Notes under the pieces: generated by a model | What the model was told of the DNA's origin: nothing | Database searches by the model: none | Seen by the model: only the letters and a program-made list of their open reading frames with translations | Assembly (NCBI RefSeq): GCF_009914755.1 | Contig: NC_060928.1 | Direction: 5' to 3' (one strand) | DNA from: the human T2T-CHM13v2.0 reference genome, Homo sapiens | Length of the DNA stretch: 64,000 nucleotides | Program-made: the position numbers and the translations under genes | Shown: in pieces, positions 1-11,249 of the stretch | Layout: every line of letters starts with the position of its first letter | Numbering within the stretch: position 1 is the first letter of the stretch

Positions 1-1535
1 ATAGCCATTTACATTCCCACTCGCAAAGTGTAAGAGTCTCTTTCTCCACATCCTTGCCAACACTTCTTATCATTTGACTTTTTGATAATAGACATTCTAA
101 CAGGTGTGAGGTGATATCTCCTTATGGTTTCTATTTGCATTTGCCTGATCATTAGTGAAGTTCAGCACCTTTTCATATACCCGTTGACCATGTCTTCTTT
201 GAAAAAGTCTGTTCAGGTCATCTGCCCTCTCTTTGAGCAAGTTGTTTGTATTTTTATTATTAACTTGTGGACGTTCCTTATATATTTTGGATATTCACTC
301 CCTATCATATATAGTTTGCAAATATTTTCTCCCATTGTTCAGGTTCCTTTTATTTTATTAATTGTTTCATTTGCTGTGCAGAAACTTTTTAGTTTTATAT
401 AGTCTGATGTGTTTTATTTTTGCTTTTGTTGCCTGCGAATTTGCTCTTAGACCTGAAAAATCACTGCAAAGACTGATGTCATGGAGCTTTCCCCTATGTT
501 TCTGTTTTCTAGTTTTATGGTTTTCAGTCTTAGATTAAACATTTAATCCATGTTGAATTGATGTTTGTGCATGGTGTAGAATAAGGATTCAATGTAGATA
601 ACCAGTTTTCCCAAGACCATTTATTGACCAAACTATCCTTTCCTAAATGTTCCTGGCACTTTTGTCAAAAATTAATTGATTTTATATGCATGGACTTATT
701 TCTGGGTTTTCAGCTCTTTCTGTTGGTCTCTGTGTCTGTTTTAATGGCAGTATCATTCTGTTTTGATTACTATGGTTTTGTAATAGAATTTGAAATTAGA
801 AAGTTTGTTGACTCCAGCTTTGTTCTTCTTGCTCAAAAGTGCCTTGGCTATTCACATTCTTCTGTGGCTCCACAATAATTCCATGCTTTGTTTTGTATTT
901 CTGTGAAAAATGCCATTGAAATTTGGAAAATGATTGCATTGACTCTGCAGAATACTTTGCATAGCATGGACATTTTAATGGAATTGATTCTCTTGACCCA
1001 TCATTTTTTGTGTCTTCTTCAATTTCTTTCATCTATGTTACATAGTTTCCAGTATACAGATATTTTACCTCTTTGGTTAAATTTATTCCTAAGTGCTTTG
1101 TTTCTTTTGATGCTATTATAAATGGGATTTTTTTCTTCATTATTTTTTCAGTTAGTTTATTGTTAGAGAATAGAAACATGAATGATTTTTGTACATTGAT
1201 TTTGTATCTTGTGACCTTACTGAATATGTTTATTAGTTCTAACAGTTTTTTTTGTTTTTTTTTTTTTTTGCAGAGTCTTTAGGGTTTAGTAGTTTTCAAA
1301 ATATAAGATTTTGCCATCTGCAAATAGAGACAGTTTTACTTTTTTTTCTTTTCTTATTTGGATACCTTTTATTTCTTTCTCTTGCTTAATTGTTCTGGCT
1401 AGGGCTTCCATTACAATGTTGAATAGAAGTGGCAAGATTGAGCATCCCAGTCCTGTTCCTCATCTTGGAGTAAAAGCTTTCAACTTTTCACAATTGATTA
1501 TGATGTTAGCTGTGAGCTTGTGGTCTATGGATTTT
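1..1535 (-). mobile_element. Old L1 (L1MA/L1MB-type) ORF2 3' region, degraded
   Basis: Antisense L1 ORF2 text throughout (e.g. attctaacaggtgtgaggtgatatctc, gccatctgcaaatagagacagttttact); minus ORF 796-1032 begins MKEIEEDTK, as in L1 ORF2. Confidence 0.9.
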
Positions 1536-3446
1536 ATTTGAAAGTTTAATATTAAGCAGGGAGACTGCAGTTTTTCATAAGAATGGTCTACCTTCCAATA
1601 TACATATAAAAATCATTGTATAACAAGGAAACATACCTTTGATGTCTCTAGAACCTTGAGAAGACACATCTTAGTGCACTGCATGCAATAAATATTTAAG
1701 TGTCAGTAATATTGCTATAGTAGCTCATAAAATTTTTCTTCATTCTCTAATTCATTTTAAATATTGAAAAAGATTTGTATACATTTAAAATATACACAAT
1801 CTACATTTACTTATATTATCAAGAGTTTAGCAAAACTATATATGTAATTTTAGTTCAGAAATTACTACGCCTATAATTGTAGATTTCAAATAAATTAAAT
1901 TTAAAAAGTTACATTTTATTTTTTCAAAATAATATCAAAATGATAAATATCTGAGGATGTCTTGCCCTCTGAATACTCAGAGGACTGCTAGTGCATTTAT
2001 GCAGTCTGCTGAGATAATAAATATCAAACAATGGGCAAGTAAAGAATGAATCTGGTAACTTTATGTAAGCATTGTAATTTTTTGGCTTAGCCTCAAATTT
2101 TAGGTGTTCTTTTCAAATCTTCATTATTTCCTATTCTCTAACAATATTTAATTTGTTGTTTTCCTGTTTAATGCTGGCACTCATCTTCTTAGCCATGAAG
2201 ACCATGGCTTATACGTAGCCTTTATTTTGTTCAGGAAAGGGAAAGCAATTTTAATATTGCTGCCAATGATAGACTACCAAGAAAGGGACATTTGCATAAG
2301 GAGGCTTTTATCCTTTTCTTAAGTCAAGGGTCTTCGGAAAGGGACTTTGGAGCCTTTTAAAAATAAGAACACACAAAATAGATTTCCTATAATTGGTCTT
2401 AAAATTTTATAACTATTCTAATTAAAATGAAATTTAAGGAAGGAACAATAATCTCTCCATATAAGTATTGTAATAAAGGTAGTAGAAAATTGGTGCTCTG
2501 CTAAGAATTTTGCTATTTTTGAAGTTAAGGAGAAAGTATAATGCACAGTAACTTTAGGTTATCCTAGCAGTAGCTTATGAAGCCCTTGACCCTAAGAGTT
2601 TCTTTGGCTATTTCTATAAACCACTTTCCACCCCAGCATCATGTTGTTCTCTACATCATGAAACTCTGAGTCCTTGCTCTATTTTACTACATGAGAAATT
2701 ATTCAGATAAGATAATAGGCAGAGATTTGTACTCTCCACACAGAATGGTGTGACTTTAGTCACTGATGCATCTGAATGTCATGTTCTATTTTAGTAGAGT
2801 ATCCCAGGGAGGAGAACATTATATTGTCCAACCAATTTACCTGTATTTTAAGGGAAAGTTTTGGAAGAGATGGAAAGCCAAAGGAGAAGAAACATTAGGG
2901 AAGAGAAGCGAAGTGGGAAAGAGCTAAATTTATATCTCATTTGATGCTTTTGGGCCTTCCAAAAAAGCCCTTCTCTTTTACATATAATACCAACATAATT
3001 TTTGATTAAAAAACAGTAATCTTTAACTACAGAAGAATTTTATACAAGGAATAATAGTGATTATTTCAATAGTTAATCCCACAGTTTCTTATTACAAAGT
3101 CAACTCTATGGTATGGATTTCATGCTTTTTACAAATTGGTTCTATTTAAAAGCCTACAAAGGCTTAAAGTGGCATTAATATGCCACTGTTATTGGAATTA
3201 TTTAAGTTCATTTAACATCACTTAAATTGTCCATACATAAATTATATACCCAAGATATGAAACTGCATATAAAAAGGTTTAAGTGTAGTGTGTATCCAGC
3301 ACTGCCTCTGAAGCTCTCGCATCTGCAGGACATGGGGAATGTTGATAATACAAAATATTTTCTATCATTTTAAAACAGTTTTATTTATGGATATTGCATT
3401 GCTTCCTTATGTTTTATTCTTTATACATAATTTTAGCATAACATTT

Positions 3447-3959
3447 ATACCCTTCTCTCTCTGTCTCTTTGTCTCTCTGTTTTTCTTTCCCTTTCTTTTT
3501 TTTCTTCCTTTCTTTCTTCTTTAATTCAGAAATAGTAATTGTGTATATTTATGGGGTACCCTGTGATGTTTTCATTCATGTATATATTGTAAAAAGATGT
3601 AATTAAGCTCATTAACATATCCATCAACCTACCAACTTTTTGTAGTGAGAATGTTAAAATTCTATTCTTTTAGCAATTTTAAAATACAACACATTATTTT
3701 TAACATTGCTCACCATGCAATACAACAGATTACTAAAACTTATCTCTAGTCTAGCTCACTAGAAGACATTATGCTAAGTGAAACAAGCCAGGCACAGAAA
3801 GACACATACTGTATGGTCTAATTTACATGTGGCAACTAAGAAACATAGATCTCATAGAAACAGAGAGTAGAAGAGTGGTTGCTAGAAGCTGGAGAGGGTG
3901 GGTGGGTGAGGAGAAGCAATGAGGAAAGCAGAGATGTTGATTATAGGATACCCTTCTCT
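3447..3959 (-). mobile_element. Short L1MA-type 3' end insertion with 5' inversion, flanked by TSD
   Basis: T-rich tail 3460-3522, antisense L1MA 3' end to ~3756, then sense L1 3'UTR (gaagacattatgctaagtgaaacaagccaggcacagaaagac); atacccttctct repeated at 3447 and 3948. Confidence 0.8.
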
Positions 3960-5495
3960 TTTTTAATGCATGCAAGAGTTTCAAATGTTCTTTGGAATAG
4001 AACTAATATCAAAACCCCCTTCCTAAGGCCTTACACCTGGTTATGTCCTTTTTGTTTGTTTGTTTTGAAGCCCACTAATTCCTTTCTTTCCAGGTAGGTT
4101 CATTCTTATTCTGTCTCTATGCCCACTTCAGACCCTATGTTGTTCTCACTAATTTGATGTTACAGAATATCCACCTACCTTTTGAAATTCAGCTCAAAAA
4201 ATTGTTTCTTCCACTAAGCAAAAGTGATCACTGTATCTTATTTGGTGAATAAATGCATGAAGTTATTGGTGACTCATTTATCCCAGGAATTATATAGATT
4301 TATTTTTAAATATTTCACTGAATTAAAATAGGCTTGATATTTCCTTGCATATACGAATGTATAATTAATTGATTTTCACTAGACTGTAATTTAAATGAAT
4401 ATAAAGGAATATATTGTCAATAAGATAAGTAGCTACACACAGCTTATAAACATATAGAATAGAATTTATAAAATGATGGTGAGAGGGAGGACTTTAAAAG
4501 GCCTGTAAAATTTAGAATTATATGTAAATATTTGAGTGAAAAGTTTCCAATCAAATTTTATCTTTCCTTTGATAAGATATATGTGCTGACCATATTTTTA
4601 TATACATGTGTGCATACATGTCTGTGATTGTGTGTCTTAATATTCGAAGACCATTTTAAATATAAAATGTATTTCCATTACTTCTCCATTTTGGAGATGA
4701 TTTAAAAGTTTGTGACCTCTGATTTAAACAATAGTAGAAGGGTTTTTACATAGAGTAGTTAGGAATAGTATTCTATAGATGATATTGATGATATCTTAAT
4801 AAATAAAAGTCCTATAAATAAAAGTAGAATAAATTTTCATCACTTCATCTACCTAATTTATTTTTAACTGTAAATAATCTTAGTCTCTTACCAGAACTGA
4901 AATTAATCCTCTTTTTATGAGGATAAGTTTGTATTGGCTTATTAGAAAAATCTAATTATCTGCTTATTTTTTTCTAGCTTTCAAATGAATAGAACAATTT
5001 ATATTTCGATAATTCTATTTTATTATGAAATGTCCAATAAGATATCATAGTATCCAGTATTTTCATATTGTGAATATCTGCTAAATTTCTTTGAGATGTG
5101 AGGAAATTCTATTCTGTATAACTTGTTTAGGTAGCAATCACCTCTCTACTCCCTTTCTATGAAGTTTTATCTCAGCCCCAGCTGTAGGTTTAGTGTATAC
5201 TTCAGGGTTTTCCAATAAGAATTCCTAATCCTCTGGCCATCATATTTATTTTAAGTGTATTTGATTTGAGCTAGGCAAATATCTCTTATCTAGAGCCTTT
5301 TTATCTGTGGCTATTAGGAAGGATACCTTCACTCTTTCTTTGGGTTGCTAGCTATATGGCTAACATTAGCCGAGAAAGTCTGGTAACCATTTTCTTGAAA
5401 ATAAAGCTACTACAAAGAAAGACAGAACTTACTACTTGATCATTATTCCCACTGTACCTGAATCCAACTGAAACCTGGATATTCCAGGTACATGG

Positions 5496-5949
5496 CTGCA
5501 TTAATTTCCTAAGGCTGAATTATCAAAGTGACTATCAACTGACCGCCTTAAAACAACAGAAATTCACTGTCTCAGTTTTGGGGGTTAGAAATTTACAATC
5601 GTGTTGGTGGAATCGGCTCCTTCAAGATACTCTACAGGAGAATCTTTTCCACATCTCTCTCTTAGCTTCTGGTGGTTGCTGTCAATCTTTGGCATTCTTT
5701 GGCTTGTAGATACCTCACTCCAATCTCTGCCTCCATCTACGTATGCATGACATTCTCCCTGTGTGTGACTTTGTGTATATCTTTCCTCATGTTTTTATAT
5801 GGATATTGGATTTAGAACCCATTCTAATCTAGTATGACCTCATCTTAATTTAACTAATTACCTCTGCAAAGACTCTATCGCCAAACAAGGTCATATCCAC
5901 AGGTTCTACGTGGACATGAAGCTTTGTAGGTACTATTCGACCCAGCACA
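5496..5949 (-). mobile_element. MaLR LTR, MLT1B-like, probably nested in an older MLT1-type LTR (~5130-6020)
   Basis: cttaaaacaacagaaatt...cttagcttctggtggttgct...ggcttgtagatacctcactccaatctctgcctcc...ctattcgacccagcaca. Confidence 0.8.
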
Positions 5950-8499
5950 GGAGCAATTGTATTTCATTCTACTTCTTCTTTTCATGTAGTTTAATTTGAC
6001 GTTCTAAAATTTAAATCAGAGATTGAATCAACCTACATTCACAACTGAATCTTGTATTTTAAGAAATAGCTATATTGCATATATTTTATCTTATCTACCT
6101 ATACATTGTGCATAAAGTTAATGCCACTTTTGATCATTCTTTGAAGTTTGCTGTTTTATATATCTTTATGCTTTATATTTGTTATACATCATTAAAGCAC
6201 TGTTATATACCCCACAAATTATATTACTTTGTTTAATAATTATTCTTGGATCCATATTAAATAAAATTTAGTTCAATCTGTAAGAGTTAGGTGAATTTAT
6301 CAAAAATACTAATCTTTCAGTGTAATACATGACTCATTCGTATTTTTAAAATAGATCTTTCAGTGCAAGCTGAGATACAATGTCAAAGCAAAAAACAAAG
6401 AAGGGAAAATATTTGTAATGTTATTTCTGTTAAACTATGTAGCTGGATAATTTTATTCTCACTAGTGTCAATCTTAATTTGTTTGTGTTTAATTTATATG
6501 CCCAAAATAAAATTATTACAAACATTTAAAACATATTTGAAGTGAGTCTCATTTTTCCCAACTGCTCTTAGATCTTAATTAATTGATTCTGAGGCTATTT
6601 TTAATTTTAATTTGTATTTAGTAAAGAAAAATGATCCAAAAGTGTATTTTTAAAAATTTTATTTTTGTTTCAAAATCTGTATCTTGATTCGTGGTGAATG
6701 TTAATGCAAATAAAAAATTTTTAGTCACTTGAATTTGATGTAGATATTATAACAAATTCTACTTTTTACTGCTACCTCATATAATAGAAATATAGTAATA
6801 CATATTAAGAATAGAAGAAACAGAGATACAAAAACTAGCTATATTCAAGAAAGCAGTAGTTGATTACAGTGAGAGCTTTCTTATTGATAGAATTTATTTA
6901 TTTACTTAATATACCTGTTACGTAAAAATTTTGATTTTTATCATGTTTAAAAAAATCAGGTGTTCAGAAAATTCATTTATATTGTCACCATAAAACATGG
7001 TCATAAGAAGGAAGCAAACGCCAGTCTTTTACTTATTTTAGTTTTTGCAACATAGACAGGGAGAAGAAATTAAAACATTAACATATAAGGTATTTTTTAA
7101 AGGAAAAATAGCATTGTGGGAAAAATCAGGACTGATAATGTTTATTGTTGTCCTAGAAAATATAAATAGTATATTTGATGAAGTTTGTATGTGTGAGGTT
7201 ATGAAAATAAATTACATATTAGGGGAAGAAAGCAGGTGGACATTTGTCTTTGCCATAGAAAGACACTGTGGAATTAATATTATCAAGGACAAAACACCTC
7301 TATTAGACTAGTAACAATTAATTTAATCACTCCTAGACATCACAAATTACCTGTTTAATTTACATTTTAAAACTCTTATTATGTAGTTTTTTTCTTGATG
7401 CTATTAGATAATCACCATTGGATATCACCGAGATACTTTTCACCTGTCCCTTGCACGGTACACACAAACTATCAATAGGTTCTCCATCACTGAAGAATGA
7501 ACAGGCACAATTAACAAGTTTTGGGAGGTCACATGAAAAAACCTCTTCCAGCTGGATTGAATGGAAGCAGAAATCATACACTTTGTACTTATTATGAAAT
7601 TTTATTCAATTTAAGAGGAAAATAGAGATTTGTATTTTCTAAAAAAAAAATTTAATATCGAGGACATTGAAAATCACAGCCAGAGGTTTCTGCTTCTTTT
7701 TGAATTGTAACAATCCATTTATAGATGCTTGTTTACCAGTGCCAGAAGTATTTTAGTATTTTAATAACAAACTTGGATAATATTCGTAATGAAATATGCT
7801 ATTTCAAGTGTATTAAGTGGAGTAAAACTGTTTTCAAAGAAAATAAGTAGCCATTTATCCTAATCACATACATTGTTAATTAATTCCTGATAAGATTTGC
7901 TTCCAGCTATATTATGTTTATGAACAAACAGTCTTTCAGGCATGTCTCATTAACATTTAATTAGTTTATAAAACACTTTGCTTTCCTGTCATAGTTATTG
8001 TGAGATTAAAGAGGATTTTAATTGATGACAGAATTTTTTTAAAGTTTAGTTAAAAAAAATACAGAAATACCAAAAAGAAAAGCAGATGACAACAAACTAA
8101 ATTAGGTGCTAATAAGCAGCTTTGATTTTCCTAAGCAAAGGTCCTCACTTTTCATTATTTGTACTGGAAGTGTACCTGATAAGGAAATCAGAAGGTAGGT
8201 AATTTTGTGTATACTCTGAACTTTAATGTTTGGCATTAATAAGATACAGAATAAATATTTAAGTTTGAAATCTGAGAGGCATATTTTTAAAGCACATAAA
8301 TTTAAATACTTTTTTCTTGGTGGGCCTTTTAAAGTTATTTTTGAAATTACAAAAAACACAAAATATAATATTATGTTAAGGCTCAGCATGGGGTATTGAT
8401 TTTATGTCATAATTATTTGGATCTTTATGTTGTACTTCCATGTGAGGCTTTTTGTGTAGTTGAGAAGTCTTACAGTCAATAATGAATTCTTTGTTTAAC

Positions 8500-8655
8500 A
8501 ATCTGCAAACTTGGAAAAATTACTTAAATTTATTAAGCCACAGTGTCATGATCTGCAATATGAGAATTATAACTACCCCACTCCACAGAATTGTGGAAAA
8601 TATTGTTAACTGAAATAATGACGTAATGCAAATAAAGTAGTGCCTGGCATATATT
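8500..8655 (+). mobile_element. MIR SINE fragment
   Basis: MIR core similarity: cttggaaaaattacttaa...atctgcaatatgagaattataac...agtagtgcctggcatata. Confidence 0.65.
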
Positions 8656-9099
8656 ATGCTGTGGTCTAACCTGTTTACACTATAAAGCTGTCACTCCTTC
8701 CCACCATGCTCCTCACCACACTTCTTATTCAATAGGAACCCAATGCAGAGAGAATTTTTAGGAATAAGATCAGAAAGTTAAGATAAGCTAAGTCATGAGC
8801 ATGATATTTGTACAACTTTTCCATTGACTCAACCTTATATAAAGCAAAAGACACAATTGGGAGTATGAGAGTCTGAGATGAGGGGACAAAAATTTACTTT
8901 TAGAAACTGCAGAAAGTTAAAAGGCTTAGTAAACAACCGAGGGTTCTGATTGGGACACTGGGGAACAACATCTTTGTAGTAATTAGACTTTTAAATAAGG
9001 GAAATAAGAGAAGTTCAAATAATTTAATTTCTTGATTCAATTAAAGTGAACTTCTCTGGGCTTGCTCCTGCCAAAAGTAAAAGAAAACTACATCCAGAG

Positions 9100-9583
9100 C
9101 TTCAAATTATCCCTATTTCTTTTACGTATAATGTCAACACTCAATTAAATGTAATCAATCACAGGAGAATATAACACTTAATTGAAAACCAAGAGAAAAA
9201 AATAGACAAGAAAAACAGACTCACAGGATATACAGATATTGAATTTATCAGATTTAAATTTTATATTAAATTAAGTAATACGCTGAAGGAGTCAAATAAC
9301 AATATTCAAAATTTCAGCAGAAAACTAGATACAATTAAAAAGAGGAAACAACATTTCTAAAATAAAATTACAATAAATGAAATTAAATAATCAGTGGATA
9401 TAGTTAACAGTGAATTAAGCATAGCTGAAAACTTAATGATATGTCAGATGATGTCTCTATACTTTAGTATGGGGAAGGAAAAAAAGGATGCAAAAAGAAA
9501 AAAAAAGAAAAGCAGAAAAGAGTGTAAGAAACACCTAGTGGCTAAGAATTTTCTTAAACTGATCTTTAAAAATCCATAGATTT
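9100..9583 (+). mobile_element. Ancient L1M 5'/ORF1 fragment
   Basis: A-rich L1 ORF1-like text (aaaacagactcacaggatatacagatattgaatttatcaga; aataaatgaaattaaataatcagtggata). Confidence 0.6.
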
Positions 9584-9914
<331 letters not shown>

Positions 9915-9999
9915 TTAGGAAGTGCTACCGAGCTAAGAAAGAGATATGAAGATATGACTGTAAAATCAGAGATTCATAGAATCCAATATTTTATCCATT

Positions 10000-11180
10000 A
10001 TTCAAATTTTAGAACTAATTCCAAAATGCAGGCAATGGACATGCTTCTGTGAAGCAGAAAGTCATCTGAGACATGAAATGCAGGCTTCAGGTTCATCATC
10101 CCCACAGCGGAAATTACTTTTTGAAACCTAGACTAGATGAGGTTTGTAAGAAGGTAAGTGGGATGTCACTTCCCCTCACTTAGTGGATAATGATTAGCTT
10201 ATCAATATCCCAATTTTATACTGAAGCTTGTGGGAGTTGAACCCACTAAGCTATAGATTCTAGGTTTATTTACTTCCTAAAATCATTAGTCAGAAATACT
10301 CTGTTTAGAACCTTCCATAGATAAGGACCCTGGTCACAAATTTCATAAGTCTACTAACCCTTAGGTTCACTTGAATTTATGTTGTCAAAGGAGTAGAATG
10401 AACCATCTTGTTTGTTTCCTGTGGGTGCTTCCTTCCAGTAAGAGTAGCAAATATATGACACAGGCCATTAAGACATAAGTGATCACTAGAATTTGTTTTA
10501 CAAAGGGGAGGAGAAATTTCCCCTACAAAACATGTAAATTGTTATTTATAATCCTTCATGGGTATACTGATATTCTTTTGTAAGTTGAGTTACAATTTAT
10601 CAACTGTTACACATAATTATTGAAACTTTTATATGTTGGAGGCATTCTATTGGGTATGTAATCTTCATAAGGCCAAACTCACTTCAGTTGGTTTCTACAG
10701 ACATTATAGCAATTCAAGACTTAATCTTAGCGTCCAAAATATTTTCTTATCCTGAGGTTATGGTATGCACAACTCAGATTTTCAGGCGAAATAACTTAAA
10801 ACTCTGTTACCAGGTTTCTATGACAAATAGATTAGTATTTTTCACACTATATGTCAGTTAAGATTACAGCAATATATTTCATCATTTCCCAACAGAAGCA
10901 AATTTTTCCATATTAGCAATGACGGGAGTGTGAACAGAGACTTTTTTTCAGCTAATCCTATATTCTATCTGGTTTGTGGACATATCTATATTCCAGATAG
11001 CATTGTATAGGTTTTTCATGGACACCAGCTTCTGTATCATCATAATTATGTAACACTGTCCATCTATCCCCCAAGAAATTACACTGAGTGGTTCCCTTTT
11101 CCTTCATTTCTATCCTCTTGCACAACAAGTTCCAGGATATAGGTAATAGCATAAAATAAAAAGAAGATGCAAATCATTCC
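10000..11180 (-). mobile_element. Possible env-like remnant downstream of the integrase
   Basis: Position directly after the integrase; hydrophobic start MICIFFLFYAITYIL; Cys/sequon-rich fragments NCNST and TCFVGEISPPLCKTNSSDHLCLNGLCH; many stops and frameshifts. Confidence 0.3.
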
Positions 11181-11249
11181 AACTTGAGGTGTTTGAGTCA
11201 TTGGAAAACAATGAAAGCCATAGTATTCGTGATGACTTACCAAAACCTA

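Noticed and set aside
7360-7581. 73-aa minus ORF, plus a possible plus-strand splice acceptor at ~7408
   Set aside because: No recognisable protein similarity and no convincing exon boundaries or partner exons
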